Assembly (NCBI RefSeq): GCF_027921745.1
Contig: NC_079240.1
Location: forward strand, 1,364,001 to 1,428,000
Length of the DNA: 64,000 nucleotides
Direction: 5' to 3'
From: Schizosaccharomyces osmophilus
Taxonomy: Eukaryota
The translations under genes were made by a program, and so were the position numbers. This document shows, in pieces, positions 1 through 11,299 of this stretch. Positions within the stretch are counted from its first letter, which is position 1; the number at the start of each line of letters is the position of its first letter. The notes beneath the pieces are model-generated. The model was not told the DNA's origin, made no database searches, and saw nothing but the letters and a program-made list of their open reading frames with translations.

Positions 1-2023
1 CTAACAGAAACAAAAATATAAAGTCGCAAGACTGGATTCAAAGAACGTCTTTGACTAAAAAATCTTGTTTCTTAGACTAAGGGAATGAGAAAAAAGACTA
101 GGAGAAAAATTTCAAGGTTTGGGGAGTGTTCTCAAGCGGAACAAGGGGATAGCTGGACGGGAATATATAAGGGGAAGAATTCTCGGTTATTGGTAGAAAG
201 ATGAGGAATCGTAGAACACTAGGGTTCATGCTTGGAATCGACCCTTTTTGCACTTTGTTACGTACCAAGTAACATGTTTGTCGCGGGCTTAGCAAAGTTC
301 GTCGCGTAAAGGAACAGAGAAGAAACAAGGTAACGACCGAGAAACAAGGAATTGAGTCTGCGCGAATGACGTTTATTTATGAGCTTCTAGAAGCTATCAA
401 CGACTAATCATAAGAGGCTTGTGACTTCAATAAGAAACGGCTATTGTCCAATGAAGCTTAGTATTACGTCAAAAGCATTCGATGAATGGAACAAGTACGA
501 TCAGAAGAGTTGGTCTAGATGCTTCGAATGTGTTCTTCAAAGCATGAAAAAGAACGGCGATGCCGTTCATTGGATGTTTTCGCTCGCATGCGGAAACCCA
601 AGTTGGAAGGAACCAAAAGGGACATTACACCCAACAAGTGGGAATGATTGGAAGGGAAGGTGAAGAAGAAGGGGGGCTTTCGGTTGTGGTCAGGTGTGGG
701 CAGTGACATCTTCGTAGGCGAGTGGTCCCGCCGTTTGAGGGTGAAGAAGAAGGGGCAGGGGTTTGCGTGGTCAAGTGTCAGGTGTCAGCAAGGTTTATCG
801 AGGTCACACGGGTTACTTGGGTTATTGAACGAGAGAAAGGACGAAGAGAAGCGTTTGTTTCGTCAGCGGTGATGGATGTGTCTTCTCTTCATGTTCTTTT
901 GCGATTATAAAGTATACGAGGGAATCGTCTAGTTGATGTTTGATGTTTTCATCGAAACTGGAGTGGAGCGACGACACTGCGGCGACGCTTTCGTAATCCT
1001 AGGAATTTTCCTTTGGTTTTTTCGAATAGTTATATGCTTATTCAAATGCTGTTGTTAGATAATAGTATGCTTGTATTTATTGAGTATGCTAATCTTGGAT
1101 GAACATGCTCTTATCGAATCTCTGTTGGTATTACCACCATATAAGAGTATACCTTTGGGACGTAGAAGATGTATACAATACAAAATAGAGATCACAAGCA
1201 TTGTAACGTAGTTATCGTAGAATGTTGTACTTTTTCAATAAGATTGTATTATGCTTTGCTTACAGAACTTTGTAGTTTTCTTTCCTTTGAAATTCTTTCC
1301 GGCGAAAAAAGTCGCTTAGATGTCAATTGCTTTAGTTCCTAGGATGCGAATCCCTTTTTTCCCTTCATTTCCATCCCATTATAACGAATGCTTCCCTCCC
1401 TCCCTTTTCAACCTTTTGCTACCATTTCCACACTATTCTACATTCCTCTATGTTCACAAATCTGATTGTACTCTACCAGGAATCACTGAAACTTTCACCT
1501 CTATTCTATCACAATACTATTTCTTACCATAGTACGTCTATGGAAAGAGGAATCTCCACCTTTTTGAAGTTTTTACTGTTTACGCCCATGTAAATAAAAA
1601 TAAAGAAAAAAAATCAGATCTCTTACAATGGATTCTTTTCCTCCTTCGTCATATCGTCTTGGAAACCTCTATAACCCGATTTCAATGGTTTCGAACTAAA
1701 AACCTCGCCAAATCTCACTTTTCAAGTGGAGCTTTGAAACAATTCTTCTTTGTCTGTTTCTGTTCTCTCAATTTTATTATTTTTTCTACTTTTTCAAGAG
1801 GATCACTGTTCTTTGATTCGTTTCTGCCGACTACCGCTGGTTGTGGGACCCCTTTGTTGATGTCTGACGTCTGCACCAATATTCCTTATTTTCTTGTTGA
1901 TTTCGGTCTTTCTTCCATTCTCCAAGTTTTTCGGTCTTTTTCTCTCTCACTACTTTTCGCTTTTCTTTCTTTTTCTTTTTCTTTTTCTTTCCTCCTTATC
2001 TTCCTCTATTAGCACTATCGTGA

Positions 2024-3550
2024 ATGAGCTCAACATTGCAGCAAAGCACCCAGCGCTGGAAACCCCAGTGCATCTATCAAATCCTGACAGATCGCTTTGC
2101 TTTTTCCGATGAGGATCATCCCAAAGCTCCATCCACCGGTCGCATGTATCTCGGGGGAACCTGGCGTGGAATCGCTCGTAAACTCGACTACATTCAAGAT
2201 TTGGGATGTACGGCTATATGGATTAGCCCCATCGTAAAAAATATCGAAGATGTTACCGGCTACGGTCAAGGGTACCATGGATATTGGGCCCAGGATTTGC
2301 TTGACGTAAATCCTCATTTCGGTACCAAACAGGACTTGATCGACCTTGTCCAACAAGTTCATGACCGCAACATGCTCTGCATGGTCGATATCGTCGTCAA
2401 CCACATGGCCCATGCTGGGTCAGGTGAAATCGACTACTCCAAGTATCGTCCATTCAAATCGGAGGCAGACTATCATCCTAGAAGGTACGTCCAAAATTAC
2501 GATGATACCATCGATTGTGAAACTGGTTGGCTTGGCGATGATACCGTCGGTCTTTTAGATATTCGTACAGAAGAACCTCGTGTCCAAGCGTTTTTTCAAG
2601 ATTGGATTCGCGACCTCGTTCAAACCTATCATTTCGACGGCCTTCGTATTGATACCGTGAAGCATGTTCACAGAGAATTTTATCCTCCTTTTATTGAAGC
2701 CTCCAAAGTTTTCACCTTTGGCGAAGTCTTTCATGGGGATCCAAGATACGTTGGAGATTACCTTCAGTACATGCCTTCTTCCATCAATTATCCCCTCTAC
2801 TACCAAATTCGAAAAGCCTTTGCTCAGCTTCCTCGCATCTCCATGAAAGAATTTTATGACAAAGCTGTTTTAGAAGCCCGTGCTTATATTCCTGATACAA
2901 CCATTCTTGGAAACTTTATAGAAAATCACGATGTCCCCCGGATCCTTAGCATGACTTCAGATTCTTCGGTATGAACTTCCTTAATGACTCTCACATGATA
3001 CACTGACTAACCCTTTACTTACAGTTGCTGCTAAACACTTTGGTCGCTCTTATGTACTTGGATGGAATTCCCATTGTTTTTCAAGGCCAAGAACAAATGT
3101 TTGTTGGAGGCGATGATCCTGAAAACAGAAATGCTCTTTGGAGCAGTCATTACGATACTACCCATTTCATGTTTAGTGTTCTCTCGAAAATGATTCACGT
3201 TCGTCAATCTCTTATTCGAAAATTCCCTGAATTCTGTAATACTTTGTCTCGTTGTCTCTACTTGGACAATCACAACTATGTTTTCGAGCGTCCTGGTTGC
3301 ATCGTTTGCTTATGCAATGGAGGCTCAAATTCCGTATTTAAATTTCCTGTAACAGTTTCGGTAGAACAAGGTTCAGTTGCTCGGTTTATGGATATATGGA
3401 CGGAAGAAATTTTCGAAGCCGCCCCATCATCACCCTCAACCCTGAATCTCATAGTCGATGCAGGACTTCCAAAGGTAAGACACCTTTTTTTGATCACTAC
3501 TCTAACATTATTTTTAGGTTCTTGTTCACTTGTCATCCATACCCAGGTAA
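2024..3550 (+). CDS. GH13 alpha-amylase homolog without signal peptide (SPAC27E2.01-like); exons 2024-2968, 3025-3474, 3518-3550 (~475 aa)
   Basis: IYQILTDRF, YHGYW, DIVVNH, GLRIDTVKH, GEVF and FIENHD motifs with catalytic D/E/D intact; introns GTATGA..CTAAC..CAG and GTAAGA..CTAAC..TAG join the two ORFs in frame. Confidence 0.92.
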
Positions 3551-3897
3551 ATGTCTTTTGATTCTCGTGTTTCAATCTTGGAAACCAGTCCGTAGTTTAT
3601 CGAATGCACCCATATTTATTGGCTTATGTACCTCTTCATTTGACCTTTTTTGGTTTGACCAGCTTACTGTCTTTTTCTACTGAAGAGTTTACCTTTTGAT
3701 GATTCTTATTTTGGTTTGTTTTTGTCGCTTTCTTTTACCATGCTACTTTTCTTTTGTTTCTTTTTTTTTTTACATGCAATTGTATTCAGTATTTCGATTA
3801 AACGACTGCGATTCCCTCTCATCTCTTTTCCTTCCTTATTCAGATCTACTTGTTTGTTTACATGTCCGTAAATAAAAAAATCATGTTTTCCATGCTC

Positions 3898-3925
<28 letters not shown>
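3898..3925. repeat. poly(dA) tract (~28 nt) in AT-rich intergenic DNA
   Basis: Homopolymer seen directly; poly(dT) runs nearby at ~3760 and ~4280. Confidence 0.9.
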
Positions 3926-3928
<3 letters not shown>

Positions 3929-4340
3929 ACGTTTATATATTGCAATTAAAGATTGGAATAGTTTTAAATAAAATATAATCACGGCTTGTGATTTACTTGC
4001 ACTTTCGTTGTGAAAATGTACGCCTTGAATAAAATGTATAAATTGGAGCGACATACAAGGAGACGTTTTTCAAGGCAATTCTTTTATGTTTACGTAAACA
4101 AAAATGCAGAAATGAAATGTAGTAGGACTTTTTTGGTTTTCAAGAATTTTCTCAACGTTAAGCTTTGTCGTAATAGACACAGAGTCCACTTACTAAAAGC
4201 AAAATTCCTGAAATAACAAGCTTTTTTTGAAGAAGCATTTTTTTGGACAAGTTTATTTCTTTCAGGCGATATTAATTCACCTTTTTTTATTTTTTTTCTG
4301 GAGCTTTACTTTTTTGTTTCGTTACATCCGGAAATCTCAA

Positions 4341-5341
4341 ATGGAAGACAACGAAGCATTTCAGGATGAGCTACTTGCCTTAGAAAGTATTTATCCTTCT
4401 TGTCTTTTACCAATATCCGAGCAGAGTTATACCTACACACTGAGTATACCCGACAGCAGAGTACATCTTAACCTACAATTTCCCATCGAGTATCCAGACT
4501 CTCCACCTATTGTATTAGATGCGTATGGAATTGATAAAACCCTTGCAGAAGACGTTCTGCTGTCGGTTGCTACCGGTGATGTATGTATTTTTTCGTATAT
4601 AGATTTGCTGAAAGAACTAGTGGATATCGAAACCGAACAAGAAGCCATGCAGAACGAGCACAAGAAGCAAGAAGAATCAGACAAAGACTCACCAGTAATG
4701 CTTGATAAAAATCAATATGTTGCTAAGACTCCAGAAACCCATCAAGAAGAGTGGAAACCCTCATTCGACTGGAAAGAATCACAAGCGATCAATGATAGAA
4801 AGAGTACCTTCGCAGCTCATGCCACTAGAGTTAATAGCCCAGAAGAAGTTCAAAAGGCTTTGGAAGAGCTGTATATGAACAAAAAGGTAGCCAAGGTATG
4901 ATTTTGTAATAATTTCGAGAAAGTAGCTCGAACTACTTTAGATGTGCAAACCATCACTTCAGCTTTTACTACTACCACAGGTTGCTAACGCTGTTCAGGC
5001 AAATCACAACATGGTTGCTTATCGTGTAATCTCTCAACGTGGAAATGTCATTCAAGACAATGATGATGATGGTGAATCTGCTGCAGGATCACGCATGGGG
5101 CATTTACTAACAATGATGGTACGTATTTTTTTTTTTTTTTTTATATCTAGTTTAAACTAACTGCTTTCAGGATGCCGAAAATGTTTTTGTTTGTGTCTCA
5201 CGTTGGTTCGGAGGCACTCATATCGGACCTGATCGCTTCAAGCATATTAATTCTACAGCCCGTGAAGCTGTCCTTTTAACTGAAGCCGCACCTGAACAGA
5301 AAAAGGGCAATGATGATAAAAAGAAAAAGAAGCATCGATAA
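4341..5341 (+). CDS. yih1: IMPACT/Yih1 homolog (RWD + UPF0029 domain); exons 4341-4895, 4999-5118, 5171-5341
   Basis: N-terminal RWD (DELLALESIY, FPIEYP); DRKSTF, ANHNMVAYR, DDDGESAAG, VSRWFGGTHIGPDRFKHIN; two canonical introns. Confidence 0.93.
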
Positions 5342-5602
5342 AGAGATTTGATGATTCTCTCTCAACCAAAAAATTACGCAAGAAATAATTTACCACTAGT
5401 ATCGGTTTCACTGAAACCACTATGCATGGATGTACAATAATATAATAGAATATTAATAGATACGCAGTTTACTCTCCGATTCACTTATACTCTCTAATCA
5501 CTACAATTGCAACTTCAATGAGACCCTTCAATACTAAACAAAAACCGATCGAAACTTTTTTAAAAATCATATTTTCTAGGATAGAACAAAAATTCAGTTG
5601 TT

Positions 5603-6784
5603 TTAGCGTCTTCCGGCCTTCCAGTGAGCAATGTCACCACTCTCCATTAAGTATTCTTTACCCTTGGTCATATACTTACCAGCGGCACGGCAAGCATTTT
5701 CAGTCTTGTGGTCGACTAAATCTTGATAGTGCATGATTTCACCACAAATGAAAGCCTTTTCGAAATCGGTGTGAATGACACCAGCGGCTTGAGGAGCCTT
5801 AATACCCTTACGGACGGTCCAGGAACGAACTTCATCTTCACCACATGTGAAGTAGTTGATGAGGTTCAAAGCAGTGTAACCGGTGATGATAATCTTGGGG
5901 AGCATGCTCTTGGTTTGAAGACGCTTGCATTCTTCAGCAACTTCCTCTTCACTCATGGAAGTCAAGCGCTCTTCGAAAGCAACAGACATGGGAATAAAGG
6001 TGTCACCAGGGCTGAATTCATCAACCCAAGCCTTAATCTTGGGGAGGTACTTGTTCTTTTGACGAACGAAGTCGCGCTCACTCATGTTAACAAGGTAGAC
6101 GACGGGCTTGGCAGTCAAAAGGTATAAGGTGTTGATCAATTCGACCTCACGGTTAGACCATTGTCCCTTACGGATGGGTTGCTTGTTGACGGTCAAAAAT
6201 TCATATACACGTTCAACTATAGCTTGCTCCTCCTTCTTGGCCTTCATTTCCAAGGTGTTAGCACCACGGGAAGTGATCTTACGGACACCCTCAAGGTGCT
6301 TCTCGACGAATTCAGCATCCTTGATCAACAATTCATCACGAATAATGGCCAAGTCACGAATAGGATCAACATCACCTTCGACGTGAACAATTTCAGCATC
6401 GTCGAAAGCACGAACGATCTGATAGATAGCGTCCACTGCACGAACGTGGGACAAGAATGCGTTACCTAAACCGGCACCAGTACTAGCACCCTTGGTAAGA
6501 CCGGCGATATCAAAGATAGTCAAGAAAGCTGGGACCTTGCTCTTGGGCTTATAGGTCTCGCAGAGCCAGTGAAAACGGTCATCGGGAACAGCAACCTTGG
6601 CTTCTTCGGGCTCGATGGTAGCGTAGGGGTAGTTTGCAGGGTTACCCAAAACAGACTTGGTGATGGCACGGAAGAAGGTAGACTTACCAACGTTGGGCAT
6701 ACCAACAATACCAGTCTTCAAGTTGTTACCGGGACGACCCCATTGGACGCGTACTTCGGCCTGCTGTTGCTTTTTGGGAGGCAT
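5603..6784 (-). CDS. ola1: Obg-like ATPase Ola1/YchF
   Basis: GIVGMPNVGKST P-loop, NYPYATIEP, DIAGL, TGS-domain APQAAGVIHTDFEK; strong codon bias. Confidence 0.96.
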   Translation of the reverse strand: MPPKKQQQAEVRVQWGRPGNNLKTGIVGMPNVGKSTFFRAITKSVLGNPANYPYATIEPEEAKVAVPDDRFHWLCETYKPKSKVPAFLTIFDIAGLTKGASTGAGLGNAFLSHVRAVDAIYQIVRAFDDAEIVHVEGDVDPIRDLAIIRDELLIKDAEFVEKHLEGVRKITSRGANTLEMKAKKEEQAIVERVYEFLTVNKQPIRKGQWSNREVELINTLYLLTAKPVVYLVNMSERDFVRQKNKYLPKIKAWVDEFSPGDTFIPMSVAFEERLTSMSEEEVAEECKRLQTKSMLPKIIITGYTALNLINYFTCGEDEVRSWTVRKGIKAPQAAGVIHTDFEKAFICGEIMHYQDLVDHKTENACRAAGKYMTKGKEYLMESGDIAHWKAGRR

Positions 6785-8464
6785 ACTGGAAAGTGGGTTG
6801 AAATAGATAGATCAAAAAAGTATCAGCTTTCGAAAAAGACAGCTCAGTCAGTCGTAACAAAGAAAAGAGATAGCGGAAGCAGAGTACACTATTCAAAAAG
6901 CAGTTAGCACATTATTCTGTACATGTCTTCATGCTTTAGACAAAGAATATTTATAGAAAGAACAATTTTAAAACTCGTTTCCTCAGCAAAGGAGTCGTTT
7001 TCTCCTTTTCCAAGATAAGAAAAAGAAAACACAACGCCGAGCTCATTTCATGCAAAATGAAAGCCATACGTTTGTGGGATCCCACAAACACTCTTGGACG
7101 TTTAGTTTTGTTGCATCACAATCTTTCGTAGTGCTTCTTCAAAGGCATCCACGGGATGCATGACGAGTTCAAGTTTCAAATGTCCTATCGTTGTTCTTTT
7201 GCGTACCTTTCTCTTTTATGCCGTTTACTTTTCTAATACTTACTATTGCAGCAGTATTTGGCTCTTGGATTGTTTCTATGCGCTGCCCTTTTTCCAAAAA
7301 TTTCATTCGGTAATAACATGTCTCAACAAACTGCACCGCAGTACGACAATGTGTCTAAGAGCATGTTAGTGAATTGCACCGAGCTGTACAACCTATGCAA
7401 ACACGTAAAGGGTCCTACTGTCCGGTTCAAGGAGACGATTCAATGAACGATGGATGATGCATCCGTAGAACCATCATCTACTAGGTTCCGTGGAAAATCC
7501 CAACAAAACCGACTGAATTCTTGTTCTTGTTTTACTAGGTAGACCCACCTTGCTTTTTCCATGGAATATACATCACCGTATTAAAGACCATCATCTGTCA
7601 TCATTCTTGCATTCATCATACGCAGGAATAATTGGTTTTACTTTCTACTGTACATACAATCTAATGTAGATTCTTACACATCACCAAAAAAAATTATAGA
7701 AAGAATAATGAATACATGTATTTGCAAACGCGAGTTGAGAAAAAAAACTATTATAATAACCTTGATGAAACGGCACCATATCAATGCATAAAAACGAGTT
7801 GAATCATAAGCATGCAAGCTTACAAATTCAAACAAATCGATCTTAATACCGCTCATAAAGTTTAGAGAACTCCCAACTACCATCCTGTCAGCCATGGGTA
7901 AAAACACCATTGGTCCGGGAGACAGAAGGAAACAGGAGCCTCTTGCCATTTAGGCAGAAGCGAAAATAAAACAAATTTTTACATTCTAAAGTAGAAGCAA
8001 AAACAAAGAAATCCTGGTACTTGCAAAAAATTTTCTCCTCCAAGCAAAAGAAAAAAGAAAACCCTCACAACTATATCCTAAGTTGCATCCGATTAATTTG
8101 ATTAGTGTCCACGGCATCAACAACCAACAAGAATCCAGCGCAAAATAAAGAAAAAAAATGAACAAAAGCAATAAAAAAGATCGAAAGCGCAGAAGAATCA
8201 ATACTTCTTATATCATTACTTACACCACAAATGTCCCCATACCTCCATCCTCAATGCAAATACAAATTGCTCGAGGAACTCTTGACTTTTCAATATACTT
8301 GGCAATGGCAGATACAGCAAATGAAATAGAAAACGTCGATAAATTGCAGACAATATTATTGACTCCTCTCTACTAGAGGTATTTATAGCCATATTTATAG
8401 CCATTGAGAAACTCGGGCAATTATTTACATTCAGCAGAAGATGCTAAGGGCATACTGTGAGAAT

Positions 8465-8737
8465 TTAAAGAGACATGACGGAGCAAGCAACAGCAATCAT
8501 GGCGATAACGAAGGCACCAGAGCTGAAGTTGGTAAGAGAGGCAGCGCTGGAGCTGGAGTCAGAAGCGGAGCCAGAACCACCAGAAGTACCGTTGGTACCG
8601 TTGGTGCCATTTGAGCTGTTGGCTTGGGCAGAAGTAGAGTTGCCGAAGGGAGCAGTGCTGTTGGCAGTGCTGTTAGCAGCTTGGACGGCCAAGGCCATAG
8701 TGACAATAGCGGCGATAGCGAGAACACGAGAGTACAT
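8465..8737 (-). CDS. 90-aa secreted Ser/Asn/Gly-rich glycoprotein with hydrophobic C-terminus (SPAC27E2.11c-like)
   Basis: N-terminal signal peptide, 8 N-x-S/T sequons, hydrophobic tail, GC-rich biased codons against AT-rich flanks, upstream TATATAAA. Confidence 0.85.
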   Translation of the reverse strand: MYSRVLAIAAIVTMALAVQAANSTANSTAPFGNSTSAQANSSNGTNGTNGTSGGSGSASDSSSSAASLTNFSSGAFVIAMIAVACSVMSL

Positions 8738-8902
8738 TATGAAAGGACAAATAAATATAATTTGGACAAAGTCAAATAATTAATTATAGACCTAAAGTTG
8801 TGTAGGAATATAGTAAAGTCCGAAGTTGATGCTGATTCAAATGTTCCGATCCTACACTCTTTATATAAAAAATTTCTCTTCAACCCTTACCCTGTATAAC
8901 GC

Positions 8903-8963
8903 ATGACGTTTCGTAAGTTTGAGAGGTCTACAGTGATTGGGCCACCAGCCCCTCCTGTAAACA
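8903..8963. promoter_or_regulatory. Cluster of CRE/M26 (ATGACGT 8903-8909), STREP (CCCCTC 8949-8954) and forkhead FLEX (GTAAACA 8957-8963) motifs
   Basis: Exact matches to the Atf1-Pcr1, Rst2 and Mei4/Fkh2 consensus sites within 60 bp, upstream of the microprotein gene. Confidence 0.5.
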
Positions 8964-9243
8964 AGTGCGATAAGCCACATATTAAGAATACCTAACTTGC
9001 GAAGCAAACAAATGGTATTTTAATTCCGAAGGCTAATAGTTCGACGGTCGATTGGGTTCTAGAGTGGAAAACGAGCAGGAACAAAGTTTGCTTAAATGAA
9101 ATAACAAACAAACAACACTATCCAACGAGAGATCGTCCTGCCCCATTCTGTAAGGTGGGGTACGGCCAACTACAAGAGTTGGAGTAAAGAAAAGAGATGA
9201 TAACGGGGGATACATGAATACAACCGAAAGCACGCACCAGATT

Positions 9244-9330
9244 AGAAACAGAAACAGAAACAGAAACAGAAATAGAAAACAAAACAAAACAAAACAAAAC
9301 AAAACAAAACAAAATAAAATAAAATAAAAT
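9244..9330. repeat. Compound microsatellite (AGAAAC)n-(AAAAC)n-(AAAAT)n
   Basis: Tandem hexamer and pentamer units read directly. Confidence 0.92.
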
Positions 9331-9672
9331 TGAACTACAATCACTAGTTACAGATATGCATGGAAATTAAAAAATCGAAATATTTCATTACGAAAAATTC
9401 TCAATCTATAGATATTCGTCTCGTCCTATTCGACTAGTCTATACGAATTGATTGTTTGATTGTTTGCGTTGCCCACAATGGTGCAAAGATTGCAGGATCA
9501 AAACAAGTTTCGGTGTGACACAATCGGGAACAAACTATGTTTTGACATTTAAAACAACGATTGGCTCTTTTGTATTTGTTGTTGTTTACATGAGTAAACC
9601 TTGAACTCAACCCGCGAACCTATCAATGACTTAGGTTGCAAAGAAGGTTTGAACAACACCAAGTTGTGTTGC

Positions 9673-9683
9673 TTTCTTTGTTT
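9673..9683 (+). promoter_or_regulatory. Ste11 TR-box (TTTCTTTGTTT)
   Basis: Exact match to TTCTTTGTTY; a second copy lies on the minus strand at 8001-8011. Confidence 0.4.
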
Positions 9684-10522
9684 ATGTTTATGTTTTTCTT
9701 AGATTGTGAATTGTTTATTTTTGTTTTTTGTTTGTTTGTTTATAACTGTACAGCAACATACACAAGCAGCGAATCGTGGTTTCAAATGTTTGTTTCCGCT
9801 TGTTTTCCTTTGGGGCTTTCCACCAGCGATTTGTCTCTTGTGTCACTGCCCATACAATGACATTGGTGGACTGAATTTTTCAAAGCAGTTATTGTGGCTT
9901 TGGAGATGCGTGTCCGGGTGTTGTTGCATGTTTCTCTCCTCTTTCCAAGAAAAAACACGAGGAACCAGGGTGGAGTCTCAAGTCACCAAGTCACCAAGTT
10001 GTTGTAGCAAGGTTTTCCTCATGAAAATGAGGAGGAGAGATGGAGGCACAAAATACTCTATCGACTCTCTAGTCTCTCTAGTTCCTAAAGGAAATCCTCC
10101 AAATCCCCCCAAATATGACTATAGCTAGCTCATACAAACGGTATGCCAGTCCCATCCTCCTTTCTTCAGAATTAACCCATCATAACTAGGTAATGTAGGT
10201 GTAGGTATAGGTAATCCATTCTTGATGACTTTCGGAGTCTTTAAACATTCCATTACGATAAAATGAACAATTCAAAAAGTCACAAACTTGATTGAATCAA
10301 ACCATTCTTCCTTCTAGAAATCTTCTAGAAATCCAAGTGGTTTTGCATGGATTCCATTCTTTGCATCTTCCGTCAGCATGACTCGCCACTGTCCTAATTG
10401 ATTTTTCATTCCCTTTCCTAGCACGACTCCCACGAGAGTCACGACAGATGGACCAGTTTCTGTCGGCTACAGAAAACAAATTTCTTTTATCTGAACTTGG
10501 AGATAAAAAAATTTGATATCTG

Positions 10523-10546
10523 AAAAAAAAAAAAAAAAAAAAAAAA
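10523..10546. repeat. poly(dA) tract (~24 nt)
   Basis: Homopolymer seen directly. Confidence 0.9.
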
Positions 10547-11299
10547 TTCGGTAAACGCCCTTCGTTTCCACTGTGGCAATCTCAACCTTTTGCTGCAAAC
10601 ATCAAGCTCATCTCATCTTTAGGTGTACATAGCACACTCACTATCCTAGTACTTCGCTATCCTCGTACTTCACAATCCTCGATACAACGAGCCCCATTGC
10701 TCTTTTGAAACCATTTACAGAGGCATCGTTTCAATGGCGTATTCTTAATTTCCATTGTCTCCCTATTGTGTGCTAAATGGTCCATTGCGTGGATTATCCC
10801 AACTGCTTTTGACGTTTAGCGTTCTGGTCAATAGTAGGGATCTTCGATATTTTCTATACTATGTTATATCTAGACGTGTTCAACCGGTCTTTCCTTCCTT
10901 GATCCTTTTTATTTTTCGTTTCAAATCTTTCCATTCTTTTTAGTTTTGTAAAACATTCTTGTTTTCGAATTCACCGCGAAATATAATCACAAAGAGGTGT
11001 GCTTCCTCGACTCCTTCTACTGCAGGTGTTGTTTACACACCCACACACGGTAGGACGAGGTGCCTCTTTTTTTTTCCTTCTCTCCATTTTTTTTACCTTT
11101 ATTCCTCGGCCCTTCTTTTCTTTTCTTTTTTTTTTTGCATTTAGAATTTTGAGTTTAGAATTTTGAATTTTCGTTTATAATTTCTTTTTTCCTTTTTGTT
11201 TTCATCTCCAATCCAATCGTCCACATTCCTTGATTCCAAGGTTTTCAAGAAACGCTTTACATTTGCTCTTTCTAATTTTTTCTATTTTCCTTCTTCAGC

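Noticed and set aside
98..2012. Short ORFs upstream of the amylase
   Set aside because: No motifs, no codon bias and no consistent splice model
4227..4340. Upstream ORF-track extensions of yih1 (likewise msm1, rps0, prp12, its3, pvg2)
   Set aside because: They start at TTG/GTG or run through low-complexity UTR; downstream ATGs fit the protein families better
7450..7520. Possible C/D snoRNA (ATGATGC...CTGA)
   Set aside because: Imperfect C box, no clear terminal stem and no identifiable rRNA guide
9033..10128. ORFs of 64-140 aa in the large intergenic region
   Set aside because: Low-complexity F/C/V translations of microsatellite and U-rich DNA, mostly with non-ATG starts
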